Assembly (NCBI GenBank): GCA_013239625.1
Contig: MU053934.1
Coordinates: 3,986,399-4,050,398, forward strand
Length of the DNA stretch: 64,000 nt
Source: Lama guanicoe
Taxonomy: Eukaryota
Direction: 5' to 3'
Made by a program: the position numbers and the translations under genes. Position 1 is the first letter of the stretch; every line of letters begins with the position of its first letter. Below are positions 39,601 through 52,803 of the stretch, piece by piece. Under the pieces are notes generated by a model, which saw nothing but the letters and a program-made list of their open reading frames with translations, was not told where the DNA came from and made no database searches.

Positions 39601-42257
39601 TCGGGCCGAGAGGTTAAAAATAATTGTCTTTTTTGCACTTTTCTGGGAATAAACCGGCGAAGGAGTGATCGCCTTCTCAGAACACGGAATTTATGTTTTC
39701 TCCTGGCTGTGCTTTGCCTCGGTGAGCCTCTGTGTCCCGTAAAGGGGAGCAAGGACTGGCGTTTGTTGTGGGGTTGCCTCCTTGAAAAGCGCTTTACATA
39801 CCTAGCTAACTTTGACCCTGAGATCTACCCTAAGAAGTCAGTACTTGGTTTATACTCGTTACCGATGAGGACACTATGACTTGGAGAGAGTAAATAAATT
39901 GCACAAATTTGGATAGTTTGTAGATGGTGGAGCTTGAGCCTCGAACAAAGGTCTAACCTTGACGTTCATCCTTGCCCGCCCACCCCCCGAAAAGACCCCC
40001 ACCCCCACCCCCACACACATTCCCATTCCTTAGCCTCTTTTACAGAGTGGTACAAACAAAATGCGTTGGGAGAGCAAGTCATACCATATATATCTCTGCG
40101 CCTTTGCGCATGTCATTCCTTCTACTTGAGACTCTACTATCTTACCTGAGGCTTTGTCCTTGAGGCAAGCTCCTACTCATACTGTAAAGCCCACCCTGAC
40201 ATCCTCTGAAGCCTTCCTAACTGCAATTCTCCCTCATGACCCCTCAACCCAGGGTAATTACTCTCTCCTCCATGCCATATCCAATCCATAAACAGGCCCA
40301 CCTCTCACGGTGCCCCAAGGGCTCCTCAAGTCTGCATCTACGTTCAACCAGCAAGATGCCTGGCACACATCTGGTCCTCAATAAATGTGCTTGGAACTGA
40401 AAGTGGAGGAGAGATTTTGGAACCTTGATTTCCTGCTCTGTAAAAATGGGGCCTGCATTAGGCCCTGGGGCAGGTCACTCAAAACATATTGAGCCAGGTG
40501 GGGTGGGGAGAGCTTCCGGAACACCTGGGGTGGAACCACATTGGTTGCTCTCAGCCCACCCCAACTCTGTTAGGGAATGGACTGCCTGGGAAGAGTTCAT
40601 TCCTTCCCATGGGGGAGCGGAGCGTACACTCGCCAGAAAAAGCCACAGCGGCCCCTAGGGACCCAAAAGGAGTCCCAGGAGCCATAGCTCCCCCTTCCTT
40701 CCAGGACCCCACCCATCCAGGAGCTGATGATTCAGTGGTAGGGTTTCCTCAGGATCGTGGTTTTCACTTTACATCCACTTTCCTTCCACACAGAACTTGA
40801 GGCAGTTGGCAGGACATTCAATACAGTGGTGAAAATATAACAAAGGACTAGGACCAGGAAGGAAAAAAGACTATTTATACTTTTTTTCCTATAATTGAGC
40901 AACTGCCCCATTCTCTCTCCTGTAAATCTGACTTTGAACATACAATTTGCTTTCTTAATGAGGGAAAAAGAATCCTCGCCCTTTGAGCTGAAGGAAATTT
41001 TCCTCTTGGCTTCCCCTCAATTGCATTCCTACTACAGACAAATTTTGGGTCTCAGGAAAGCAAGGCTTAGAATGGTGAGGGACTTGCCCGGAACCACCCA
41101 GCATCCGGGAAAGATAGGTCCAATGGTGCAGGTGGCCAGAGTGCCAGCATGAGCCAGGGAGGTGGGGTGGGTAAAATGAGTGAGAGATTTTCCCTCTTCT
41201 TCATGGGGAGCTTTGAAAAGTGCTCCACCTTGAAGATGAGGTACGTATGAAAATAGCAGGGCTGATTACTGGGGACAGAGTGGTAGAACTTTGGGGAGAG
41301 GAGATCTATGTGACCAAGAGACAAGTTTGAGCCTCAGTTTCCTCATCTGTAAAACAGAGGTGATGAGCTCCCCGTCCTGAGACTGGGAAAACTAGACATA
41401 AGGAGGACCAAGTACCAGCCAGCAATACTTCCATCTTCATTATCCCCATTAACAGATGGGAAAGCTGAGGCCTCGGGAGGGGACATGGCAGGCTCAAGGC
41501 CACTGTGGCAGGCCCAGGACAAGATCTTGTCCTTGAGGCCAGCCAGCCTGGGTTCTTTCTCCTTCACCACCATGGTGGTGGTCAGGCCTCAGACCTCCTC
41601 TGACCTGGGCCAGTTCCCCTGTGGTCCCCCCAAAGAAATAGAGAGAAGAGGAGGATTTTAGCCTTGTTTCAGCCCCTGCTGGCAGTTGGGGCTGCTTCTC
41701 AGGAGGACAGATGTTTCACCAAATGGCAAATGCACGTGCTTTTCCCTGGCTTGGGGAGGAGGTGGGCGCTGAGAAGAAGATGCCAGCTGGTTGGGCAGAG
41801 AGAACCGTAGCCACACCTGAGAGATTTAAATAGCCACCGCCTTCTCTGGGCACTGACTGGAGGGGAGGCATCTGGGCAGGATTTGGGGGGAGCAGGGAGC
41901 GTAGCAGCCCATTCAGAACCTGTCACAGCCCCCGGATGAGTGTCTGGCTTTTCCTCCCAGAGGGACTTGGACCACGCACCTCACTTCCCTAAGCCTCAGC
42001 AGCCTTCACCTGCAAAGTGAGAATTTAAAGCCTGGTTCAGACGGGGACAATTGAGGCTGAACGGAGAGAAGATATTTAACGTGCCTGACCCATGCCTGGC
42101 ACCCAGAAGATGCTCAGTACTCGGTGGCTCTTATTATCTCAACCTCCCTGCCAGGACAGGAGTCCCCAGTGCAACATCCCTGACAAATGGGCACCCACCC
42201 CCTGCTCACCTGCCTCTCATGACAGGGAATTCATCACTTCCCATGACACCCCACAGT

Positions 42258-42420
42258 GTAATGTGGTGATTGAATCACACGAACCCTGGAGTCAGATTGT
42301 GTCCTGGAATCCAGGCTTCACTATTAAGTGTCTGTGTGACCTTAAGTAAGTTACTTAACCTCCCTGTGCCTCAGTTTCTCCTGTGTAAAATGGAAATAAT
42401 AACAATACCTCCCTTCTAAT
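42258..42420 (+). mobile_element. MIR SINE
   Basis: tgtgtgaccttaagtaagttacttaacctccctgtgcctcagtttc...gtaaaatggaaataataac. Confidence 0.75.
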
Positions 42421-42431
42421 GCTGCTTAGAT

Positions 42432-42582
42432 CAGTGCCTCTCAAACTTTCATGTGCACAGGAGTTACCCAGGGATCTTGTTTAATGCCAATTCTCATTCA
42501 GTTGGTCTGGATTGGAGCCCGAGATTCTGCAGTCCTAGCAGGTGATACAGATGCTGCTGCTCCTTGGACCACATTTTGAATC
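42432..42582. mobile_element. MER5-like hAT MITE (related fragments at ~50440-50560, 51560-51705 and 57285-57430)
   Basis: cagtgcctctcaaactt...gatgctgctgctccttggaccacattttga. Confidence 0.65.
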
Positions 42583-43379
42583 TCAAAGGACAGCCTTGCC
42601 TTGGGAGTAATAGTGAGGGAGCCATGGAAGGGTCAAGAGTGGAGGAGTAGACAATTTCATCATGGCAAACACTCTCTGGCTGGCTGTGGCGGGGTGGAGG
42701 GCAGGGGAAGCCAGTAATTTAGGGAGAGATGAAGGTCCTGAGTTGGAGAAGGGGCTACAGGGGTCAAAAAGTTGGGGGGGCGGTGGTAAGGGCCCTTAGC
42801 ACATGCAAAGGCAGTCCACTTTTACATATGCAGAGACCAAGGCCCAGAGAGTGGCTGACCTGCTCAGGCCACACAGCACTGAAAGGACTCCCATCCACCA
42901 TTTGTCCTTCACCCTTCACTCTTCTGTCCCCCAGTATGCTGACCAACATCCCACAACCTCCTGGACTCTCTCTTGGCCTGTGATCCTGTATAACAACTTA
43001 CACCAAGAAGAGGGAGATACTAGGGAGGACCCTGGATCTCCCTGACAGACCTGACCTCGTCCATACTCACACGGACACCATTTTCCAGATGAAACAGCTG
43101 AGGCCAAGAAATGAGAAGGCTTTCAGCTCCTAGGCTGGAACTGAGGTCAGCCTGACTCCCAGCCTGAGAGTCTTTGGTTACCATTGTCCAACAGGCCAGG
43201 TCAGGAGGGTGAGAGGGTGGGAATCTGGCTCCAGCTCTTCTCCCAACCCAAGGAGGAAGTTCAGATTCCAGGATGATGATGATGACAGCAGTGGGTCACC
43301 ACCTATGGGGGGCTTCCAACCTGCTAAGCTGATACCAAGCACTGGCACGCAGGATCCCGCTTCACCCCGGCACTGGCCT

Positions 43380-44000
43380 TAGCCCCGCGTGTGTGTTCAG
43401 AGGAGGGAACTGAGGCAGAGCGGGGCCCGGGAGCTTGCCCACAGTCACGTGCGGGAGGACCCCGGGTTCCGAGCCGGGGAGGCGGCGGCCTGGACTCCTG
43501 ACAGCCCCCTCCCCGGGCAGCGGCGGGGCAGGACGTGGCGGACACGGAGCCGCCGCCGGGCGGGCAGCGGGTCCGGGCCGGAAGCCCCCTGGCCGGCCGG
43601 GCCGCCCCGCCCCGGGAGCCGAGGCGCTGGGTGGGCCGGGAGGCGGGATCTCGGGACCTCGGGCGGCGGCGCTTCCTGGCTCCCTGGCGCGGCAGCCGTC
43701 CTGGCCACGTCACCGCCCGGCCAAGAGCGCGCTGGCGGAGCGAGGAGCTCGGAGGCACCGGCAGGGGCTCGGGACCCAGAGCCCGGGGACGGGGACGTGG
43801 CAGCCGCCTGGCCCACCAGAAACTTTCCCGGGAGTTGGCTGCGCGCGGGCCGGACCATGAACGTGTTCCGAATCCTCGGCGACCTGAGCCACCTCCTGGC
43901 CATGATCTTGCTCCTGGGGAAGATTTGCAGGTCCAAGTGCTGCACGGGTGAGGCGCGCCCCGGGCGGGAGGTGGGGGACCGGGACTGGAGGGCCAGCCCC
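43380..44000. promoter_or_regulatory. CpG island, KDELR3 promoter
   Basis: CpG-dense block spanning the KDELR3 start codon, with several ACGT-core motifs. Confidence 0.85.
43857..43947 (+). CDS. KDELR3: KDEL receptor 3, coding exon 1 (91 nt)
   Basis: ACCATG then [30 protein letters not shown](G); donor G|GTGAG at 43948. Confidence 0.96.
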
Positions 44001-47000
44001 ACGCCTCTGCCTCTGGCTCCTAAATTTCTGTTCTGGGTGGGGACTTCGGCTTGGCCGTGCTTGAAACTGTTTTTGCCCAGCTCCGCTTCCAAAGAAAGTT
44101 TAAAATTGTACCACATCAAAGAAAAACGGCCCGTGGAGATTATGGAGGGAGGATGGGCTTGTGGCTCCATTGACCCCCTCCCTCCCCTGCCTGGCATTGC
44201 CACTGCTAGTTGGAAGAGGAGGGGGATAAGGAGGAAGTGACACCCCCTTTGCTGCCCAAGAGCAGCACCCCTTGGGGCCCATTGTTCTCTCTACACTCAC
44301 TCAGGCCCAGGGTGGGAATCAGAGGTGGGGGGAAGGAGGTGTCCATACAGGAAGTGGCCCCAAACTCTCAAGGTCTCCTCTTTTCCTCCCCTGACTGCTC
44401 GCCTCTGCCCCTTCCCAGACTTGCCCCACAGGCTGGGCCATCTTTCCTCCCCTGACTGTGCTACAGGCGGCTGTGATGTGGCAGGAGGGGGACCGGCCCT
44501 GCCCAGGTGGGCATGGGGCTGCCCTTGAGCAGAAGCCCAGGGAGGGTAGGAGGGGTCCCCATTGTCCCCAGCAGTCTGGCTGCCCTGCTGGGGGTTGAAG
44601 GTTTCAGGATTGGACTGGTGATGGCCAAACAGACCCACTGCATTTAGACGCTACCTGAGCCACCTGCAGCCATCTTTGTCCGCTGGTGTCCTGGAGGCTC
44701 CTGCCCTGAGCTTGTCACTGAGGTGAGGGGACACAGAGATGAACACAGGCTCCTTATGGGGGCCAAGGACGCAGTGAGTGGACCCCTGAAGGCTTCACGG
44801 AGGGAGCAGCTCTGTGCTGGGTCCTGGAAGACAGGCAGGGTGTCACCCAAGAAGGGTGTGTGGTGTCACAGAGGGCAGGGCTCACTATGTCCCAGGAATA
44901 GTGAGCAGCCCGATTTGGGGGTGATCTGGGAAGGAGATGAGTCCGGGGGGTGGGTGGTCATATGTGAAAGGGCTTTGTCTGTCAGGCTAAGGAGTTGGGA
45001 CTAGGGAGCCATGGAAAATTTGGGAGGTGAGGGGGCTTGGAAGGGGACTCTGGAAGCTGTGTGGATTGGCTGGTAGAGGAATCCGAGAGAGCATCGTGGA
45101 GGCTGCCAGCCTGGGAGGCTCGGTAGGAGTGAGAGGTGGGTGCTGGTGTGGGGGTCATTGCTGAAGGAGGCCATTTGGGTTTGGGGCCTCCAAGGTGATA
45201 GCCACACGGCCCCTCAGGTTCCCGCTCTAGTGAAAAGGGCCAGGAACACTGAGACAGCTCCAGTGAGGGAATCTTGCTTGGTTGGACCTGTCTCTGCACG
45301 CAGGGCCATGGGCAGGGTGAGCAGCCATGACCAGGAGGGGGCGCTGTTCCCCAACCCGCTCTGCCAGGCATCCTACCAGGCACCTGGGATATTACCGGCC
45401 AGCACAGGCAGAGATCCTGACCTGATACAACTGAATCTAGCAGTGGGAGACCGCCAACAGGCAACAGTGGTAGCAACTGAGTAAATGATGTGGTTTGTCA
45501 GAGGCGCTAAGTGCTATGGGAAAAGAAAAGAGCAGATGGGTGGTGGGAACTGTATGTGTGTGGAGAAGGATCATCGCAGGCCTGGTTGAGAACTGAGTAG
45601 GTGAGGTGCCTGGATGCCAGCCTGTCAGCCCCGAGGAGCAGGGCCTGGTGCGAAACCTCAGTGACCTAGCCCCAAAGGCAGGAGACTAGGGCTTTATTCT
45701 TGCTCTGCCACTGACTCTGTGTGTGACCTTGGGCCTCAGTTTCCCCATCTGTCAAATGGGAGGGAGGGCTTCCCCTAGTAGGTGGGTCCCATACGTGCTT
45801 GGTGGACCCCCGAGGGACTCTGGCCAGGTGCTGGTTCATGGTCTCTTCTGTGTCCTGGGGTCTCCATGCTCAGCTTGCTTTGGTGGGAATTATTCACTCC
45901 TTTCAAAAGAGTGTGAAAACCATTGTGCTCAAGATGCGAGGGCTCCCAAAGCGCTAAGGAAAATGTGAGTGAAGCCCAGGGGCCTGGCAGGCTGGGGATG
46001 GAGAGAGGGGAGGGGTGGGGGAAGGCCGTGTGAGGAGGAAGCCAAGCATCCTCCACCAGAGCCACCTCCTGGACCCTCCTACATGGGGCTGAGGGCCTCC
46101 CTCAGTGAGGGCTCAGGGACCACCCATCCCCCCACAGGGAGCTCCTTCCCGCATAGCCAGCCCCACGCCAGACCCCCAAGGAGCACTCATGTTCCCGCTG
46201 AATCCTATTTAGTCCTCACGTCAGTCCTGCTCCGTTTTACAGATGAGTGTGAGGAGCAGGCTTGCCATGCTGGTAGGAAGTCCAGCATGTGGACCCAGTG
46301 CTCTCCAGAATGTTAGGGCTTCAACGGTGCTCATCCTCACTCATTACAATTGCCCCTCCCCAAAATGTCCCGCACCAGAGGAATGGTTAGAGAAGGCACA
46401 GGTCAGGTGTACAAAGGAGCAAAACCCTGAATCCCTTCTCTGTGTCAAACTCCCCAGTCAATCCATCACATTTAGAATAAAATCTAAGGGTGGGTGGGCA
46501 AAGGTGAGAGAGGCTCAAGGATGGCTCGTGGTTTTCTGGCTTGAGCGTGGAGGGGATGGTAGTGGCATCTATGAAGACAGGAGGAGGGGGTTCCGGGCGG
46601 GGTGGTTATGTGGTCATGCAGGAATATAGGTCAGAACTCTGAGGAGAGTCCATAGCCAGAGTGTCCCCCATGTGTGCCATGGGATGGCAAAGGGACAGAA
46701 GGAGAAAAGAGGTGGCCTTCCGAGGATTAGGTGTCGAGGAGGAGACGGGCGGTCAGAGAAGGTGAGAAGCTAGCAGTGTGGACAGTCACAGAAGCCCGGG
46801 CAAGGGTGTAGTTGAGGGGTTGGGTGAGTGAGGACAGAGTTGACCTTTGGATGCAAAAACATGGACATCATAGACCATGGGGGTGGTTTGGAGAAGTATC
46901 CAGACTGCTGTGGGCTTGATCAGGCAAGAGAAACGGGAGGCAGGGTATCTGCTCACTCCACCTTGGAACCACCTCCAGGATGTATCAAAAGTGGCCAAAA

Positions 47001-47019
47001 GTTGGCTAAGGAGCATGAT

Positions 47020-47280
47020 GGCTAAATGCAGCTTCGATTCCTGGATGAGATCCTGGAACAGAAAAAGGACATCATTGGGAAAACGTGAAATCTGAATAAA
47101 GTCTGACGTTTAGTCAATAGGGCTATACCGATGTCAATTTCTTAGTTTTGGCAAAATGTTTTGTGATTATGCAAGGTGTTAACATTGGAGGAGGCTGGGT
47201 AAAGGGTATACAGGGACTCTCTGTACTGTCTTTACAACTCTTCTGTAAACCTGAAATTGTTTCAGAATTAAAAGTTTAGA
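47020..47280 (+). mobile_element. Old L1M 3'-end fragment
   Basis: gttaacattggaggaggctgggtaaagggtatacagggactctctgtact...ttctgtaaacctgaaattgttt is a typical L1MB/MC terminus. Confidence 0.65.
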
Positions 47281-48035
47281 AAGAAAGAGGCCAAAGCAGG
47301 TGAAGAACTAGCATGGAAAGTATGAACACAGTTTTGTCGACTCAGTGTGTCCACATGTGTCGTGTGTATGTGAGCCAACAAGATCTGGAAGGGTGCACAC
47401 TGAGGCTTTGGGCTTCAGGTGATTACTGCTTTTTTAAATTCGCGTCTCTATGTATTATCTGGTTTTTTGTTTTACAGAGGAAAAATAGTCATAACTTTTA
47501 TAATAGAATAAAAAGCTTTTTTAATCTTTAAAAGTTGGAAAAATAAAATAGAATGCTCCCCTGGCCCTGCGCCTTCTTCCGCCTGCTCTGGTCTCCCTGG
47601 TGAATCAACACCTCATAGAGTAAGTGAGTTGTTCTCCAAAAGTTGGAACTTTGGGGATTGTCAGTGGAATTCGGGGGGTGGAGCGAAGAGAAGCCTTGAC
47701 ACCCCCGCCCCCAAGCCCGACTCACACCACCCCCACGCCCTCCCCAGAGCAAGAGCCGAGGTAGGCACTCGCAGGGGCCCTGGGAACTCAGTGTTCATGC
47801 CTTTATTTGGAGACTGGTTGACAGATTACAGCCCAATGAGAGTAACAGACTCCAGTGATCCAATAGGAAGGAGGATTTCCTGACCCTCAGAGGGCGGCAG
47901 TCCCCTGGACAAGTGTCATTGTTAGATGCGACTGGACACTCTGGAGGCCATTCCAGCTCAGAATCTGGGCTTCTTGAGTATGTGTGAGCCTGGGAGGCTG
48001 TGTTCTTACTATCTCATGTCCCCATCCGGCCACAG

Positions 48036-48136
48036 GCATCTCTGGGAAGAGCCAGATCCTTTTCGCTCTCGTCTTCACCACCAGGTACCTGGACCTGTTC
48101 ACCAACTTCATCTCCATCTACAACACAGTGATGAAG
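48036..48136 (+). CDS. KDELR3: KDELR3 exon 2 (101 nt)
   Basis: CACAG| then [33 protein letters not shown] then |GTAAG. Confidence 0.96.
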
Positions 48137-48204
48137 GTAAGGGAGATGGATAGCCATGGCAGGGGGCCTGCCAAGCGCCCCTAGACCGTGAGACAGGCTT
48201 GGGA

Positions 48205-48440
48205 ACTCAGCTGTGGAACCAAGCAGACCTGGATTTGAATCCCAGCTTTGCTGTTAGCAGCTGTGGGATCTGGGCTTGGGCAAGGCGTCTGGACTCTGTG
48301 TACCTCAGTTTCCTCCTCTGCAAAATGAAGAGAGTAGTACTTACCTCAGAGGATTTTGTTGTGAAAATTCAACAAGGTCACAAATATAAACACAGAATAG
48401 CTGCCATATATTAAACACCCAATAAAGGTTAGCTATTATA
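48205..48440 (+). mobile_element. MIR SINE, near full length
   Basis: gacctggatttgaatcccagc...cctcagtttcctcctctgcaaaatg...caataaaggttagctatt. Confidence 0.75.
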
Positions 48441-49138
48441 ATGGTTAAAAAATAAACAAAAAATCAAACATGGTGGTGCCCTAGGCTTTTAGAAAACGTA
48501 TTCGTCCATTTATGTGTCAAATATTTACTGAGCACGTCCTGTGAGTGAGGTACCTGAAGTAGACGTGAAGTGCCGGTGCTCGTGGCACCTACATTCTAAC
48601 TGGGGAGAGGGCCAATAAAACAATCCAGGAAAACTGGTGGGGATAATGCTATGCAAATAATTAAAACTGGGTGATGTTTCCTTCAAACATACAAAAAAAA
48701 TTTTTAAATTGGGTTATGTCATAGAGAATGACTAGGGGACTATTCAGGGAGTGTGACCAGGAAGGGCCTCTCTGAAGAAGTGACATGTAAGCTGAGATCT
48801 GAGTGACACAAGGAATGAAGATCAGAGGAAGAGTATTTCAAGCAGAAGGGATAGCTAGTGCAAAGGCCCCAAGACAGGAACAAGTTCAGTATAGTCGGGG
48901 GACAGTGGAAGTTGAGAAGGTGAAGGCTGCCCGCTGGCGGTGGGGATGCTGACGGCGGGCTGGGTGAGGGCAGATGGTGCAGGTGAATGGTTTGGATTCA
49001 GTTTTGTGACAGGAAACTGTTGCTCTGAAGCTTGATCCTGTTTTACTTTGAAGTTCCAGGCCCTGGGTCAGAGCTGTGAGCTTCTGTTGGGGTGAGACAT
49101 TTTCTGAGGTTTTAACCAACCATCCTAGCTCTTGAAGG

Positions 49139-49188
49139 CAACAAAGTTTAGTGGAAGGAGCCCAACAAAGTTTAGTGGAAGGAGCCCA
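49139..49188. repeat. 24-bp perfect tandem duplication
   Basis: caacaaagtttagtggaaggagcc twice, followed by ca. Confidence 0.95.
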
Positions 49189-51144
49189 GGCAGGTTTCAG
49201 AGTTAGTAAAGTGGGATGTAATTGTCTGGATGCTGGTAACAGAGACTTAAAATAAGAGTTATTTTAATAAGGTAAGGATTTATTTTTACCTCACTCATAA
49301 CATAAAATCTGGAAGTGAGTAGTCCAGGGCTGGGATGGCAGCTCCTTTTAACTTTCTGCTCTGCCAGCTTTAGTGTGACTAGGACTGAAGTTTGTAACCT
49401 GTGCAGTTGCTCAGAAGGGCCTCGTGCTTGGTTTAATGCTTTGCTGTTGCCGTTTTGAAATTCTTAATTTTTCAACAAGAAGCCTTGCCTGCAAATTATA
49501 TAGCTAGTCCTAAGTGTGATATCTATTCTCTGGGTTGCCTCAGGGTCACAGAATGGTTTCTAGAGCTCCTATCATCACATCACATTCTGGGCAGGAAGGA
49601 AGAGGAAAGGGAGAAAGAGCAATAGGGTGCCTGCCAGCTTGGTAAGCTCTTTTTAAAGAGCTTTCCCCAGACTCTACCCGGTGACTTCCATATGTATGTC
49701 ACTGACCATCCTTATCTGCAAAGGAAGCTAGAAAATATAGTTTTTAGCTGGGGACATGGTCTAATGAGAGTCCTGTTTTTAAGGAAGAAAGGCTACATGG
49801 GAGGAATCCTACCTATCTTGCAAGGCTATTGTGAAGATAACATGAGATAATATATGTAATGTGCTTAGCGCCCAGAAGATATTTAACCAAAAATGAGTTC
49901 TCCATATCAGGATGTCCCTTTTGGGATACTGGGCATCTTGTTCCTAGGATTGGTGGAATGGAGGATGCTGTTACTTATGGGTTGTTGAACTCAGTGTGAA
50001 CTTCGGTCTGAGGGCCTGAAATCGCTTTCTACTTAAATCCAACACAGAAGTAGCAAACACTGTCTGCTTGGTTAATTTCTCTGCCCAGGAGTCTGACTTG
50101 GAAGAGACTGCGGACCCAGCCCTTGCCATGGCTGAATGAGGTTTATGATCCTCAAAGAGGCCAATTTCCACATTTGTGAAATGAAGTAATCTCCATTTCA
50201 CTGATTCATTCACTCTGAATCTAACCCTGAGTTAGATTCAGAGATAGACAGGACATGGACCTTCTTACGGAATCTCTTCCAGTAGGGAAGACAGACTGGT
50301 ACACAGACATTTACAGAACATGTGATCACAAGCAGCAATGAGCAGTTTTGCATAGGGATATGGTGACCCAGAGCATGTGTACCTCATTCTGGTGAGAAAA
50401 GACTTTGAGGAAATAACCTGAGTTTTGAAGCACAAACATTAGTTCTCTAGGCCAGTGTGGTCCTGGACCAGCAGCAACAATTTCATGTAGGAAATTACTA
50501 GAAGTGCAAGTTCTCAGGCCCACTCAGACCTGCTAAATCAGAAACTCTAGAGGCAGGGGAAGGGGCAGCCGCCTATATGCTTTTGATGTAATTCAAATGA
50601 GAGCCTATGGCCTAGGTTAGAGGCCAGATCATAAAATCCTTCTATATTGGAGGACAGCTGCCATAGTTAGAAAAAGAGCGCTTTTCTGAAGAACTGGTGA
50701 TCAATTGATTCAAGGAATGTTAGCCTATGAGGAAGAATGCTCTCAAGTCACTGATGCAGATCCAGGAAGTTGAGGTTTTAAGAGAGCCCTGGAAGACAAC
50801 TGCTGAATCCCTCTACGAAGACCAATGCTGGGTTTTGTTTTTGTTTTCTTTTGTTTTGTTTTGCCTGATGCTTCACAGTGGGAGGACGCCTGAGCACGTT
50901 TGAGTCTTCATGAGCGCTATCAGCCCCAACTGGGAGCATGTATTTACTTAACAAAAAGGTTATGAGCTTCAGATTCTAAGGCCACTGACCCAAGAGAAAT
51001 TGCAAATACACTTCACCTTTTCCACTTTAAGGCAGAGCACTAGCTCCTGGGTTTGTTAGGTCCCAACTCAGGGTGGATTTGAAGCCCAGCAAGTAGGTTG
51101 GGAAATGACTTCATTGATTCCCATGTGTCTCTGTCCCTTTTCAG

Positions 51145-51303
51145 GTGGTTTTTCTCCTCTGTGCCTATGTCACAGTGTACATGATCTACGGGAAATTTCG
51201 GAAAACATTTGACAGTGAGAATGACACATTCCGCCTGGAGTTTCTTCTGGTCCCAGTCATTGGCCTCTCCTTCCTTGAGAACTACAGTTTCACTCCCCTG
51301 GAG
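51145..51303 (+). CDS. KDELR3: KDELR3 exon 3 (159 nt)
   Basis: TTTCAG| then [53 protein letters not shown] then |GTAAG. Confidence 0.96.
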
Positions 51304-51985
51304 GTAAGGGAAGGGACCAGAATACTAATTCCCAAAGGTAAACACACTCCCTAAAATCCTTATCTCCAGACCCTTGGTAACGTCTGGGCTGGCTTTCTAC
51401 TGCAAGCATGGCCATTACTCTTTGCATTGTGTCATGAGTTTAGAAATTGCCAGTAAGCTATAGATAGTGCTCCACTTGAAAATGGGCATATCTAAATAGC
51501 CATGTTTGTAAACAAAGCAGGCATCACAGCACCACTTAAGGCTGAGGCCTTCTGTCCTATCAGGTGATTAGTGAATGCTCGAGCACAGTCCAGACCCAGA
51601 TTTCAACTCGGTAGTCCTGGGCCATGGCCCAAGAATCTGTGGGACAACAGACATCTGAGAAGATTCTGAGGCTGATGTTCATGGATTGTATTTTGAGAAA
51701 CCATGGCCTCAATTAAGGCGAGTTTATACAACAGAACTCTGCGACAATTAAAAATTACGCTCTATAGCAACGTTCAAGCTGTTGTGAAAAAAGTGTTGCG
51801 TCTTAAAAATGTTTATTTGCAGAGAAAGGGTGCAATGATACACTGATTAAAGTATTTTAAAATTTCAGCATTATTCTTTTTTGCTTCACTGTATTCTCTC
51901 TCCAATTAACATCATTCTAGTAACTGAATTCTAAAGATGGGCCCCTTCTTGATCAGCCTCCTCTGGCAACTTCTCTTTGACTCAG

Positions 51986-52238
51986 ATCCTCTGGACTTTC
52001 TCTATCTACCTGGAATCAGTGGCTATCCTGCCTCAACTCTTCATGATCAGTAAGACTGGAGAAGCCGAGACCATTACTACTCATTACCTGTTCTTCCTTG
52101 GGCTGTACCGGGCACTCTACCTGGCTAACTGGATCAGGCGGTACCAGACTGAGAATTTCTATGACCAAATTGCAGTGGTGTCTGGGGTAGTGCAAACCAT
52201 CTTCTACTGTGACTTCTTCTACTTGTATGTGACCAAAG
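51986..52238 (+). CDS. KDELR3: KDELR3 exon 4 (253 nt)
   Basis: CTCAG| then [45 protein letters not shown]...[10 protein letters not shown] then |GTAGG. Confidence 0.96.
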
Positions 52239-52679
52239 GTAGGTGCTGGGATAACAGAGCAGTGTTGCTGCCACTGGCTCAGTTACTACAGTAAATATTT
52301 GAGGGGTTTGAAAGTGAATGAAGTCTGTGTGCTCATCATGGTGCTTACGTTCTAACACAGAAGACAAATTATCTTCAGGAAACTGAAAGTACCATGGAAA
52401 AATAATACAGACCAATAGAGCATTTTATGTATTGTGCCCCATTTAGAGAAGACAGCTATGAGAGTGACATTTGACATAGTATTTGGGTTAGGAAAATACA
52501 GGTCAAAGACATTCCAGAGAGAATGGTTTATATGTAAGCCCCAAGGCAGGAACCAGCTTGGAGTGATAAATGACCAAAAGGCTAAGATGGTCAAAGTCTT
52601 TAAACCTGGAGATACCAGAGGACAATCAAGATTAGTCACCTGGGCCTCCTAAGTCAGAGTAAGGAATTCACTTTGCATT

Positions 52680-52803
52680 AAAAAAAAAAAATTGGGGGGG
52701 ATGGTAATTAGGTTTACTTATTTAGAGGGGACACTGGGGATTGAACCCAGGACCTTGTGTATGCCAGGCAAGCGCTCTACCACTTGAGCTCTACTATCCT
52801 CCC
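52680..52803 (-). mobile_element. tRNA-derived SINE, same family
   Basis: Reverse complement reads GCTCAAGTGGTAGAGCGC...GGTTCAATCCCCAG...CCTAATTACC. Flanked by ttcacttt at 52667-52674 and 52804-52811. Confidence 0.8.

Noticed and set aside
43389..43856. In-frame open extension upstream of the KDELR3 ATG
   Set aside because: GTG start within a CpG island. The ACCATG at 43857 gives the conserved KDEL receptor N-terminus.
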